Positions 58,225 to 64,000 of a stretch of DNA of 64,000 bases are shown here, in pieces. Every line of letters starts with the position of its first letter. Positions within the stretch are counted from its first letter, which is position 1. Source of the stretch: an uncultured virus (IMG/VR IMGVR_UViG_3300030329_003290). Taxonomy: Duplodnaviria > Heunggongvirae > Uroviricota > Caudoviricetes. The stretch is taken from IMG/VR virus record IMGVR_UViG_3300030329_003290; one strand, written 5' to 3'. A program made the position numbers and the translations under genes. Under the pieces are notes generated by a model that saw only the letters and a program-made list of their open reading frames with translations, had not been told where the DNA came from and ran no database searches.

Positions 58225-58260
58225 TTTACTTCTCCATTATTCAAGAATAAATATAATGGA

Positions 58261-58854
58261 TTATAAAGAATATTCAAAACCTATTTTAGCCTTATAAAAT
58301 TCTTTACCTTGCAATTTAGAGATTTCACCTGTATTGTAGATTCTAAATTTTTTGGTTAGCTGATAAGATACTTTGAACTTATCTTCAAATTCAAAAGTGT
58401 CTCTCTCATTTTCTTGACTTGGTGGAAAGTAACCATCAAATGAAATATCGACTTCTACTTTATCATCGTAATACTTTTTCTTTTTACTCATACCAAAAGA
58501 AAAGAATGTCTCAAAGTTTTTACTGAATACATTGTCGTCACTGTTACGACTTGTGAAACCATACGACCAATCTTTCCATTTATTACGCCAGTCCATCTTT
58601 AGGTATTTTACACCTTGACTTTCTTTATTCATATATTCAGGTTTAAAATATACACCATCTTCTAACTTAGCCCAAAATAAATCGTCTATATAGAACTCAC
58701 CAAGTTCCCTTTCCCATTGACGATTTACATAAATATTCTTATGACTAAAGCCAACACTTACTTCGTAATCATCAGGATTAGGCTGTACATTTGGCGTTCT
58801 TGCAGCAAAAGAACTGAATAACATTACACCAGCTAATAAGCTATCTAATCCCAT
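58261..58854 (-). CDS. Putative outer-membrane beta-barrel protein
   Basis: Signal peptide, alternating aromatic/polar strands, C-terminal KIGFEYSL. Confidence 0.5.
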   Translation of the reverse strand: MGLDSLLAGVMLFSSFAARTPNVQPNPDDYEVSVGFSHKNIYVNRQWERELGEFYIDDLFWAKLEDGVYFKPEYMNKESQGVKYLKMDWRNKWKDWSYGFTSRNSDDNVFSKNFETFFSFGMSKKKKYYDDKVEVDISFDGYFPPSQENERDTFEFEDKFKVSYQLTKKFRIYNTGEISKLQGKEFYKAKIGFEYSL

Positions 58855-59192
58855 TACCCTTTATACCATCTCATCTTTTTTATTTTTGAAGTAATATCAA
58901 ATTCAATTACATGCATAGCATTACCATTGAATTCATCATCTAACATAATATTACATTCACAAATAGCAACACTGTGATCAGTGAAATAATATTCTTGTGG
59001 ATTTACCCAAAGTTTTTTATTAGAAAAAATATCTACTAATGCTTTTTCTACTTTAGAATCTCCGTGATGGATAGCACCATCAGCATCTCTAAATTCAACA
59101 TTTCCTCTACACATACTTTTAATTCTAACAGCATCTTTATTGTTGAATGCCTCATAGAAAAAATTTACTCTATTTACTAATACTGAATCCAT
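58854..59192 (-). CDS. NTF2/SnoaL-like protein
   Basis: FYEAFNNKD..VEFRD..HG...HVIEFD..KIKKMRWY; GGAGG RBS. Confidence 0.7.
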   Translation of the reverse strand: MDSVLVNRVNFFYEAFNNKDAVRIKSMCRGNVEFRDADGAIHHGDSKVEKALVDIFSNKKLWVNPQEYYFTDHSVAICECNIMLDDEFNGNAMHVIEFDITSKIKKMRWYKG

Positions 59193-59323
59193 TATAGCCT
59201 CCTCTGAGTTTTTCTTTTACTGCGTTTTCTTTTACTTTTCTTGACTCGTCTGTCAACACCATCTCGTCTATCTCCTAAGATAAACATAGTGACAGCATCA
59301 ATTGCATTTTCAAATTTAGTCAT
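59192..59323 (-). CDS. 43-aa basic peptide
   Basis: Manual translation MTKFENAIDAVTMFILGDRRDGVDRRVKKSKRKRSKRKTQRRL; GGAG RBS, TAATG coupling. Confidence 0.55.
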   Translation of the reverse strand: MTKFENAIDAVTMFILGDRRDGVDRRVKKSKRKRSKRKTQRRL

Positions 59324-59519
59324 CTGATTTCTCCCTTGATAAAATTACTGGTGAATCAGTAAGTTGTTTTGGATTTACAAACCATATACGACCCATACTA
59401 TCCTTTACTCTCCAATCACCATCATCTTCTTTATTTTGATATGTAACTATCTCTTCTTTATATAAAGTACCATCTACAGTAGTTATTGTTTCAAGCACTC
59501 TGTATTTCTTTTTTATCAT
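59316..59519 (-). CDS. Small SH3-like beta-rich hypothetical protein
   Basis: 67 aa, GAGG RBS, ATGA overlap. Confidence 0.5.
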   Translation of the reverse strand: MIKKKYRVLETITTVDGTLYKEEIVTYQNKEDDGDWRVKDSMGRIWFVNPKQLTDSPVILSREKSDD

Positions 59520-59653
59520 CCCTGACCTCTGTATTTTTTCTTAAATCTTTTTGAATTTATTCGTGTACTGTATTTAGTACCACGACCTAATCCTTGTCGT
59601 GTTTTTTTCTTCCTCTTCACAGGTCTATTTGTAATCAGTTTAGCCCTAGCCAT
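59516..59653 (-). CDS. 45-aa highly basic peptide
   Basis: Manual translation MARAKLITNRPVKRKKKTRQGLGRGTKYSTRINSKRFKKKYRGQG; coupled at both ends. Confidence 0.7.
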   Translation of the reverse strand: MARAKLITNRPVKRKKKTRQGLGRGTKYSTRINSKRFKKKYRGQG

Positions 59654-60426
59654 TATTTATTCCATTCGAATGTTTTGTATGATTGCGTGGTTGTCTTTGT
59701 CTTATATGGTATAAGTATATTAGAAACTACTTTTTCACTATCATCATTTTGTTTCATTCCTATTGCTAAACTTGTATTACATTCATTTGGAAATTTTGTT
59801 TTCCAATTATTTGGCAATTCCCCACAAGGTTGTACATTTAGTTTTAGTCCCTCATCCAATCTCTGTGATACTGCTCTATAAGGTCCTTCCAATACATTCA
59901 GAGAAGATTTCCAAAGTGGTTTATAATTTGGAAAGTAATCGTGAAATAATATGTATCCATTATCAGCTAATAAATCATAAGCTAAAGGTAATTCCTCATA
60001 TACTTTTTCATAACTATGATCTCCATCTAAAAATATAAAATCATATTTAGACTTTGGTAGATAATGTGATTCATTCTTTAAAAATTCTACAGAATCGCTG
60101 ACAACAAAATCAACGAAAGACTCACAACCTATTTCGTGTATCAAATCTCTTGGACAAGGAGAGTCTGTATTTACATCAGCAATATCAACAGTAGTAATTT
60201 TAGCACCATCTCTATCTTTCATAGCTAAAGCAATACTTACTAACGAGCCACCTATATGAGTTCCAATTTCTAAAACATTCCTAACATCTAAGTTTTTTAT
60301 TAGATGATATATTGCCCTTTGGTCTCCTGGATTTACACCACCAGTATATTCAGGAATGCTAAGTGGTACTTTACTAACTTTGTCCCAGTTGGTATCTTTT
60401 TCCCAAATCTTTTTTAGGTCTAACAT
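59653..60426 (-). CDS. Class I SAM methyltransferase (Methyltransf_24-like)
   Basis: VLEIGTHIGGS, TTVD, YDFIFLDGDHSY, ILFHD. Confidence 0.85.
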   Translation of the reverse strand: MLDLKKIWEKDTNWDKVSKVPLSIPEYTGGVNPGDQRAIYHLIKNLDVRNVLEIGTHIGGSLVSIALAMKDRDGAKITTVDIADVNTDSPCPRDLIHEIGCESFVDFVVSDSVEFLKNESHYLPKSKYDFIFLDGDHSYEKVYEELPLAYDLLADNGYILFHDYFPNYKPLWKSSLNVLEGPYRAVSQRLDEGLKLNVQPCGELPNNWKTKFPNECNTSLAIGMKQNDDSEKVVSNILIPYKTKTTTQSYKTFEWNK

Positions 60427-60550
60427 ATATTTCCCCATAACAATCTAAGCATAATTGTCCAGCACCATCTACATATCCAAAGCGAACAAGTATATGTTCA
60501 TCTTTATCGTGGTGTGAATCTTTTCTACATACAACACACTTATCTTTCAC
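60374..60550 (-). CDS. 58-aa zinc-finger protein
   Basis: Manual translation (GTG) MKDKCVVC...RFGYVDGAGQLCLDCY... Confidence 0.6.
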   Translation of the reverse strand: MKDKCVVCRKDSHHDKDEHILVRFGYVDGAGQLCLDCYGEIYVRPKKDLGKRYQLGQS

Positions 60551-60698
60551 TTACAACTTCTTTTATCTTACCAAGATGTCCACCTACTTTCTGAACATAT
60601 AGTTCAGCGTCTTGTTTATCTTTAGCTAGAAATGTGAACCCCTCATCAGTTGTCCACCTTTTGTAGTCAACCCATTGACCTACTTTTTTCTTTGGCAT
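60540..60698 (-). CDS. 52-aa hypothetical protein
   Basis: MPKKKVGQWVDYKRWTTDEGFTFLAKDKQDAELY...; GAGG RBS. Confidence 0.6.
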   Translation of the reverse strand: MPKKKVGQWVDYKRWTTDEGFTFLAKDKQDAELYVQKVGGHLGKIKEVVSER

Positions 60699-60708
60699 AT
60701 ATAACCTC

Positions 60709-60942
60709 TTATGTTACCGATTCATAATATTCAATTAAATCTTCAATTTCATTTTCATTTGGGAATCTACCCAATTCTTTTTTACTAAACAGTAAGCTAT
60801 TATTAAAAGATACTTCAAACACACCACCAGTACCTTGTATCAATTCAGCAGTTACACCGTATTGTTTTTCTATTGATTCTCTCAAACTGAGAGCTTTATC
60901 TAAATAGCCTCACTGTGTGCAATATTCAATTTTGACTTCCAT
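60709..60942 (-). CDS. SelW/SelT/SelH (Rdx family) selenoprotein, 77 aa, Sec at codon 11
   Basis: MEVKIEYCTQ-U(TGA 60912-60910)-GYLDKALSLRESIEKQYGVTAELIQGTGGVFEVSFNNSLLFSKKELGRFPNENEIEDLIEYYESVT; AGAGGA RBS. Confidence 0.92.
60871..60906 (-). promoter_or_regulatory. Bacterial-type SECIS element
   Basis: TATT(TA)GAT(AAAG)CTCTCA-GTT-TGAGAG(A)ATC-AATA; loop G is the 23rd nt after UGA. Confidence 0.8.
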
Positions 60943-61067
60943 ATGTTTCCTCTAATACATTTCATAAATCTTTTCAAAACTTTATTATAGATATATGTTT
61001 TTCCGTGATTTCTAAATATCATTAGAAGAGCCTGACTCCGCAAAACAGATTCTTCTCGTTCACTCAT
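60900..61067 (-). CDS. 55-aa hypothetical protein overlapping the selenoprotein 5' end
   Basis: MSEREESVLRSQALLMIFRNHGK...HSEAI; AGGGG RBS-like sequence. Confidence 0.45.
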   Translation of the reverse strand: MSEREESVLRSQALLMIFRNHGKTYIYNKVLKRFMKCIRGNIWKSKLNIAHSEAI

Positions 61068-61163
61068 CGCTTTCCCCTAAAATTTATTTTGGGTGCCCCA
61101 ACCCTTCGTTTCAATTCTAGTAGCGATTCCTTAATATCTTGTTCAGTTATTTCTATCTCTATA

Positions 61164-61550
61164 TCAGGAACTAAACACCTTCTTTTTTTCTCCGTGGTAT
61201 TCGTAGGCATGACCATTTTCCTTTAGTAACTCATTGACAGATTTCTCGTGCCCTTTTACAAATATCTCTCCAAGTACTCGACCATACTTTCCTCTTCCGT
61301 GAGATATTATTGAAAACTTTCCCTCATCAGTATTTTCTAAGAGGTCTTTTACATAAGCCTTAGCTTCTAAACCTTTGGCTTTTTCTTCTAAATCTCGTGT
61401 TCTACTTTCCCAAGTATCTACACCATAAAATCTAATTCGTGATTTTACCCATACATCAAATCCTAAATCTATCATAGCATCACAAGTGTCACCATCGACA
61501 ACCCTTACTAATTTACAACTATAACCATGCTTCTTTACTTGCTTCCCCAT
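61164..61550 (-). CDS. Thermonuclease (SNase-like)
   Basis: RVVDGDT, RIRFYGVDTWES, GKYGRVLG, VNELL..GHA. Confidence 0.9.
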   Translation of the reverse strand: MGKQVKKHGYSCKLVRVVDGDTCDAMIDLGFDVWVKSRIRFYGVDTWESRTRDLEEKAKGLEAKAYVKDLLENTDEGKFSIISHGRGKYGRVLGEIFVKGHEKSVNELLKENGHAYEYHGEKKKVFSS

Positions 61551-61563
61551 AACTAATCTCCTG

Positions 61564-61743
61564 TTATTGCCAGTTATACTTATGCCACTTCCATGGAGGA
61601 TAAATATATTCTTTATTTACGAAAACCATAGTATCAGCTGGAAATGAACTCGCATCATATCCTCCTGCTTGATACCAAGTCTTGTATTCAGCCTCATCCT
61701 CAAATATCAGTATAGTTTTACCGTCAACTGTTTCTGTTTTCAT
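61564..61743 (-). CDS. 59-aa hypothetical protein
   Basis: Manual translation MKTETVDGKTILIFEDEAEYKTWY...; ATGA overlap. Confidence 0.55.
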   Translation of the reverse strand: MKTETVDGKTILIFEDEAEYKTWYQAGGYDASSFPADTMVFVNKEYIYPPWKWHKYNWQ

Positions 61744-62024
61744 AATCTAATTCCAAGTTGGTGAGCACAAGATTTCATAGCCTTATCAAATCTTCTTTGT
61801 TCGTGTGCCTTCAAAATTCTTTGAGCATCTCCAACTGTTATCTTCTTATTATAAATAGTTCCCTTATAAGAAAAAACATCAGAATTATTATTAGCAATAG
61901 CCTTTACAAATTGTAAAGTTTCTTTATAATCCAAAAATGTAGTATAGTTTGGATCTATACCAGGTGTCTTATGTGCCATTACTAAGAAATCTTCATAGTC
62001 TGTATTTCTTCTATCCTCATTCAT
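61740..62024 (-). CDS. Hypothetical protein
   Basis: 94 aa, AGGAG RBS. Confidence 0.55.
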   Translation of the reverse strand: MNEDRRNTDYEDFLVMAHKTPGIDPNYTTFLDYKETLQFVKAIANNNSDVFSYKGTIYNKKITVGDAQRILKAHEQRRFDKAMKSCAHQLGIRL

Positions 62025-62250
62025 TTTCTATCTCCTGAGCAATTTTTATATGCTCTTCTATTGGTCTATTTCTGTTATATTGGTCTACTAACCAATCTTC
62101 TTTATTATCAAAAAATTTATTATCAGATACTGTTCTAGTAAGTAAAGCATTTTCTATTTCAATAGCTAATTGTCTTCTAGCAGCAAAAGAACTTAGATTC
62201 AATTGACTATCTTTATACTTGTATAAAATTTTTTCTATCACTTTTCTCAT
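62017..62250 (-). CDS. Hypothetical protein
   Basis: Likely start MRKVIEK at 62250 after GGAG. Confidence 0.55.
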   Translation of the reverse strand: MRKVIEKILYKYKDSQLNLSSFAARRQLAIEIENALLTRTVSDNKFFDNKEDWLVDQYNRNRPIEEHIKIAQEIENE

Positions 62251-62281
62251 CGTCTTCTCCAATCCTTTTAGTTGTGTAAAT

Positions 62282-62346
62282 GGGGCTGTGAAAAAGGAAA
62301 TAAACACAGCCCCGATGCGGTAACGGAATGAGTTATACCGTTACCG
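62282..62346. repeat. Two tandem GC-rich inverted repeats
   Basis: GGGGCTGTG-N14-CACAGCCCC (62282-62313) and CGGTAACGG-N11-CCGTTACCG (62318-62346). Confidence 0.8.
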
Positions 62347-62362
62347 ACAGAGAGAATAATAA

Positions 62363-63553
62363 TTATTCGTCAGCACCCATCTCTTCTTCATTGAACAAAT
62401 CTTCAGAAGAACCATCAGAGACATACTTTTGAACAAGCTGTTTCACATAAGTTCTTTCAGATTCCATCCCACCATCATCCGAAAACTGAGGATAGACAGT
62501 CACTTCAGCCGCCTCATCTAATCCGAAACCATCAAAGAGTAGTCCAGCTATCTCAACCGAAGTTCTGGTTGAAATTCCAGCAGACAACCGACCAGCTTCA
62601 GACTTTGACTCAGTTCTGGTTGAAGAAGCAATTTCAGCAACCGACTTTAGTAAGTCAGAATCAACATGCGGAAACATATAATCCAGTAATCCATGCTCTT
62701 CATCTGAGGTTAGAACATCCATCTCAACAATGATGAATCTATCCATCAGCGCCTTATCCATAACTCTGGTAGATGTATACTCATTACCAATGTTAGCGGT
62801 GGCAACGAAAGTAACACCCTCAGCCACATTGATAGTTTCTTGGCCTGAAGCCTCATCTAATCTGAGATATCTCTGACCATTGTCTAAGACAGTCATCAAA
62901 ATATTCCAAGCATCAGGGTGAGCCCGACTCAACTCATCTAACAGAATAACAGCGTTAGGAGTTTGTATTGCCTTCACAAATAAAGACTCAGAAAAGTAAG
63001 TCCCAGCTTTTTTATCAAAGTGAACATTACCAATCAAAGTAGCCCTTGGATCCTGTGTAGCACCTAAGTTGAAATAAAAGTCAGGTCTGTCAAGTGAATT
63101 TACCAATGACTTAGCAGCCATAGTTTTTCCACATCCAGCAGGACCTGTCATCAAAATATTCTTACCTCTAACAGCACTACGAACTAAGTACTTCCACTTT
63201 AGTTCTTTCATAACCAAACCAGCAGGTTTGAGATTATAAGAAGAGTGAATGAAATTCAGCATCTCAGCATGATCAGTTGGTACATCAACTGAAGAAACAT
63301 CAATTACAGGAGCTGTGGTAGATTCAAATTCACTCATAGGAACTTTCCACCAGTAAATCCTACCAGCTTTACCAGTTCTTCGTTCCAATGCCATACCAGC
63401 ATTATAAGCTTTTTTTCTGGTAGAAGTTCCAATGTGGGATGTGTATTTATTACCATCGGCATCCCATGCATTGAATCTGTTACCAGATTTTTCAATTTTT
63501 ACAACTACTTTTTTATCCATAGTTTTTTTTCCTTTTGTTATTGTTTTACTCAT
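62363..63553 (-). CDS. MoxR/CbbQ/CobS-like AAA+ ATPase
   Basis: GPAGCGKT, ILLDELSR, VATAN.G.EY, DKALMDRF, STR. Confidence 0.9.
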   Translation of the reverse strand: MSKTITKGKKTMDKKVVVKIEKSGNRFNAWDADGNKYTSHIGTSTRKKAYNAGMALERRTGKAGRIYWWKVPMSEFESTTAPVIDVSSVDVPTDHAEMLNFIHSSYNLKPAGLVMKELKWKYLVRSAVRGKNILMTGPAGCGKTMAAKSLVNSLDRPDFYFNLGATQDPRATLIGNVHFDKKAGTYFSESLFVKAIQTPNAVILLDELSRAHPDAWNILMTVLDNGQRYLRLDEASGQETINVAEGVTFVATANIGNEYTSTRVMDKALMDRFIIVEMDVLTSDEEHGLLDYMFPHVDSDLLKSVAEIASSTRTESKSEAGRLSAGISTRTSVEIAGLLFDGFGLDEAAEVTVYPQFSDDGGMESERTYVKQLVQKYVSDGSSEDLFNEEEMGADE

Positions 63554-63565
63554 TATTTACAGGTA

Positions 63566-63594
63566 AAGCTACAAAGAATTTTGCTAAAATACAA
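63566..63594 (-). promoter_or_regulatory. Sigma70-type promoter
   Basis: TTGTAT-N17-TAGCTT; spacer and -10 identical to the promoter at 50023-50051. Confidence 0.7.
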
Positions 63595-63623
63595 GGAAAA
63601 AGTCCAGATTTTTTGATCTTTTT

Positions 63624-63803
63624 TTATGATCTCCAAAACTTTACCCTATAACTTTCTTTTGTAAATGCTTCCCAAGTACACTGTTCAAATTTACATTTCC
63701 AATAATTACTAAAATGTTGCCGAGTGGTTGAAATCATTCTCCAACCACACGGACACATTGGATTTTCTTTATACTTACGATTGTGTAACCATTTGAATAT
63801 CAT
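63624..63803 (-). CDS. 59-aa zinc-ribbon protein
   Basis: Manual translation ...NPMCPCGWRM...YWKCKFEQCTW...; TAATG coupling. Confidence 0.6.
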   Translation of the reverse strand: MIFKWLHNRKYKENPMCPCGWRMISTTRQHFSNYWKCKFEQCTWEAFTKESYRVKFWRS

Positions 63804-64000
63804 TACTTTTGTAAGAACTTTTTGTTCATTGTCTTAGCGACAGGAAGAACTGAGGTTACATCGATGAACTCAGCATCCGAACCATACATTCTGGTAAAAG
63901 TATTTTTACTTCTATCTCTATCCCAAGTATCTCCGATGAAATAACTAAGAACTTTTACACCACGATTACGAATCTCATTTACCATTTTGTTAGTGTGATT
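63803..64000 (-). CDS. C-terminus of a probable VWA (CobT-like) protein, partial
   Basis: HTNKMVNEIRNRGVKVLSYFI...MYG resembles the end of a VWA fold; lies upstream of a MoxR-type ATPase; MIDAS motif is outside the window. Confidence 0.55.
   Translation of the reverse strand, partial: NHTNKMVNEIRNRGVKVLSYFIGDTWDRDRSKNTFTRMYGSDAEFIDVTSVLPVAKTMNKKFLQK

Noticed and set aside
60709..60942. Rdx gene as a nonsense pseudogene
   Set aside because: The stop falls exactly on the catalytic CxxU position, the rest of the frame is intact and a SECIS-like hairpin follows
62282..62313. Additional tRNA gene starting GGGGCTG
   Set aside because: Only a single hairpin; no D, anticodon or T arm
667..63616. 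Numerous 60-150 aa plus-strand ORFs in the track
   Set aside because: Antisense to well-supported minus-strand genes, Phe/Ser/Leu-rich shadow composition; only 18077 and 42471 retained
63624..63803. Possible frameshift in the small zinc-ribbon gene
   Set aside because: Re-reading TAT AAA GAA AAT CCA shows a single intact 59-codon frame
1..64000. Genome-wide stop-codon reassignment
   Set aside because: TAG (e.g. 2329) and TGA (e.g. 6145) end intact genes and coding density is high under code 11; the UGA at 60910 is explained by Sec
1..64000. CRISPR array, cas genes, reverse transcriptase/DGR, integrase or IS element
   Set aside because: No regularly spaced repeats or matching protein motifs seen by eye; a subtle template/variable repeat pair cannot be excluded without self-alignment

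Overview
A 64 kb, AT-rich segment of a large tailed dsDNA phage (jumbo myovirus-like, T4-superfamily head and baseplate genes), standard genetic code, almost all genes on the minus strand. In coordinate order: head and packaging genes (portal, large terminase), a 1797-aa multi-enzyme protein, a tail-fibre-like gene, a recombination/replication block (fused Mre11-Rad50, primase, resolvase), a tRNA nucleotidyltransferase-HD protein, a baseplate block, a gp55-like late sigma factor, a putative DNA modification/restriction block, three stable RNAs (atypical tRNA-Gly, tRNA-Ala, tmRNA) and an accessory region (peptide deformylase, Hsp20, GH108 lysin, Popeye/cNMP-binding protein, methyltransferases, thermonuclease, MoxR AAA + VWA). 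Main observations: (1) a SelW/Rdx-type selenoprotein gene (CxxU, in-frame UGA plus bacterial SECIS hairpin) absent from the ORF track; (2) a tmRNA with a predicted 36-residue tag; (3) a set of enzymes sharing an N-terminal MIKLKDLLxE-like leader and hydrophobic-x-Glu sites at domain junctions, suggesting capsid-packaged, protease-processed effector polyproteins; (4) three distinct promoter classes. All family assignments come from motifs recognised by eye; no searches were run and the host is not determined.
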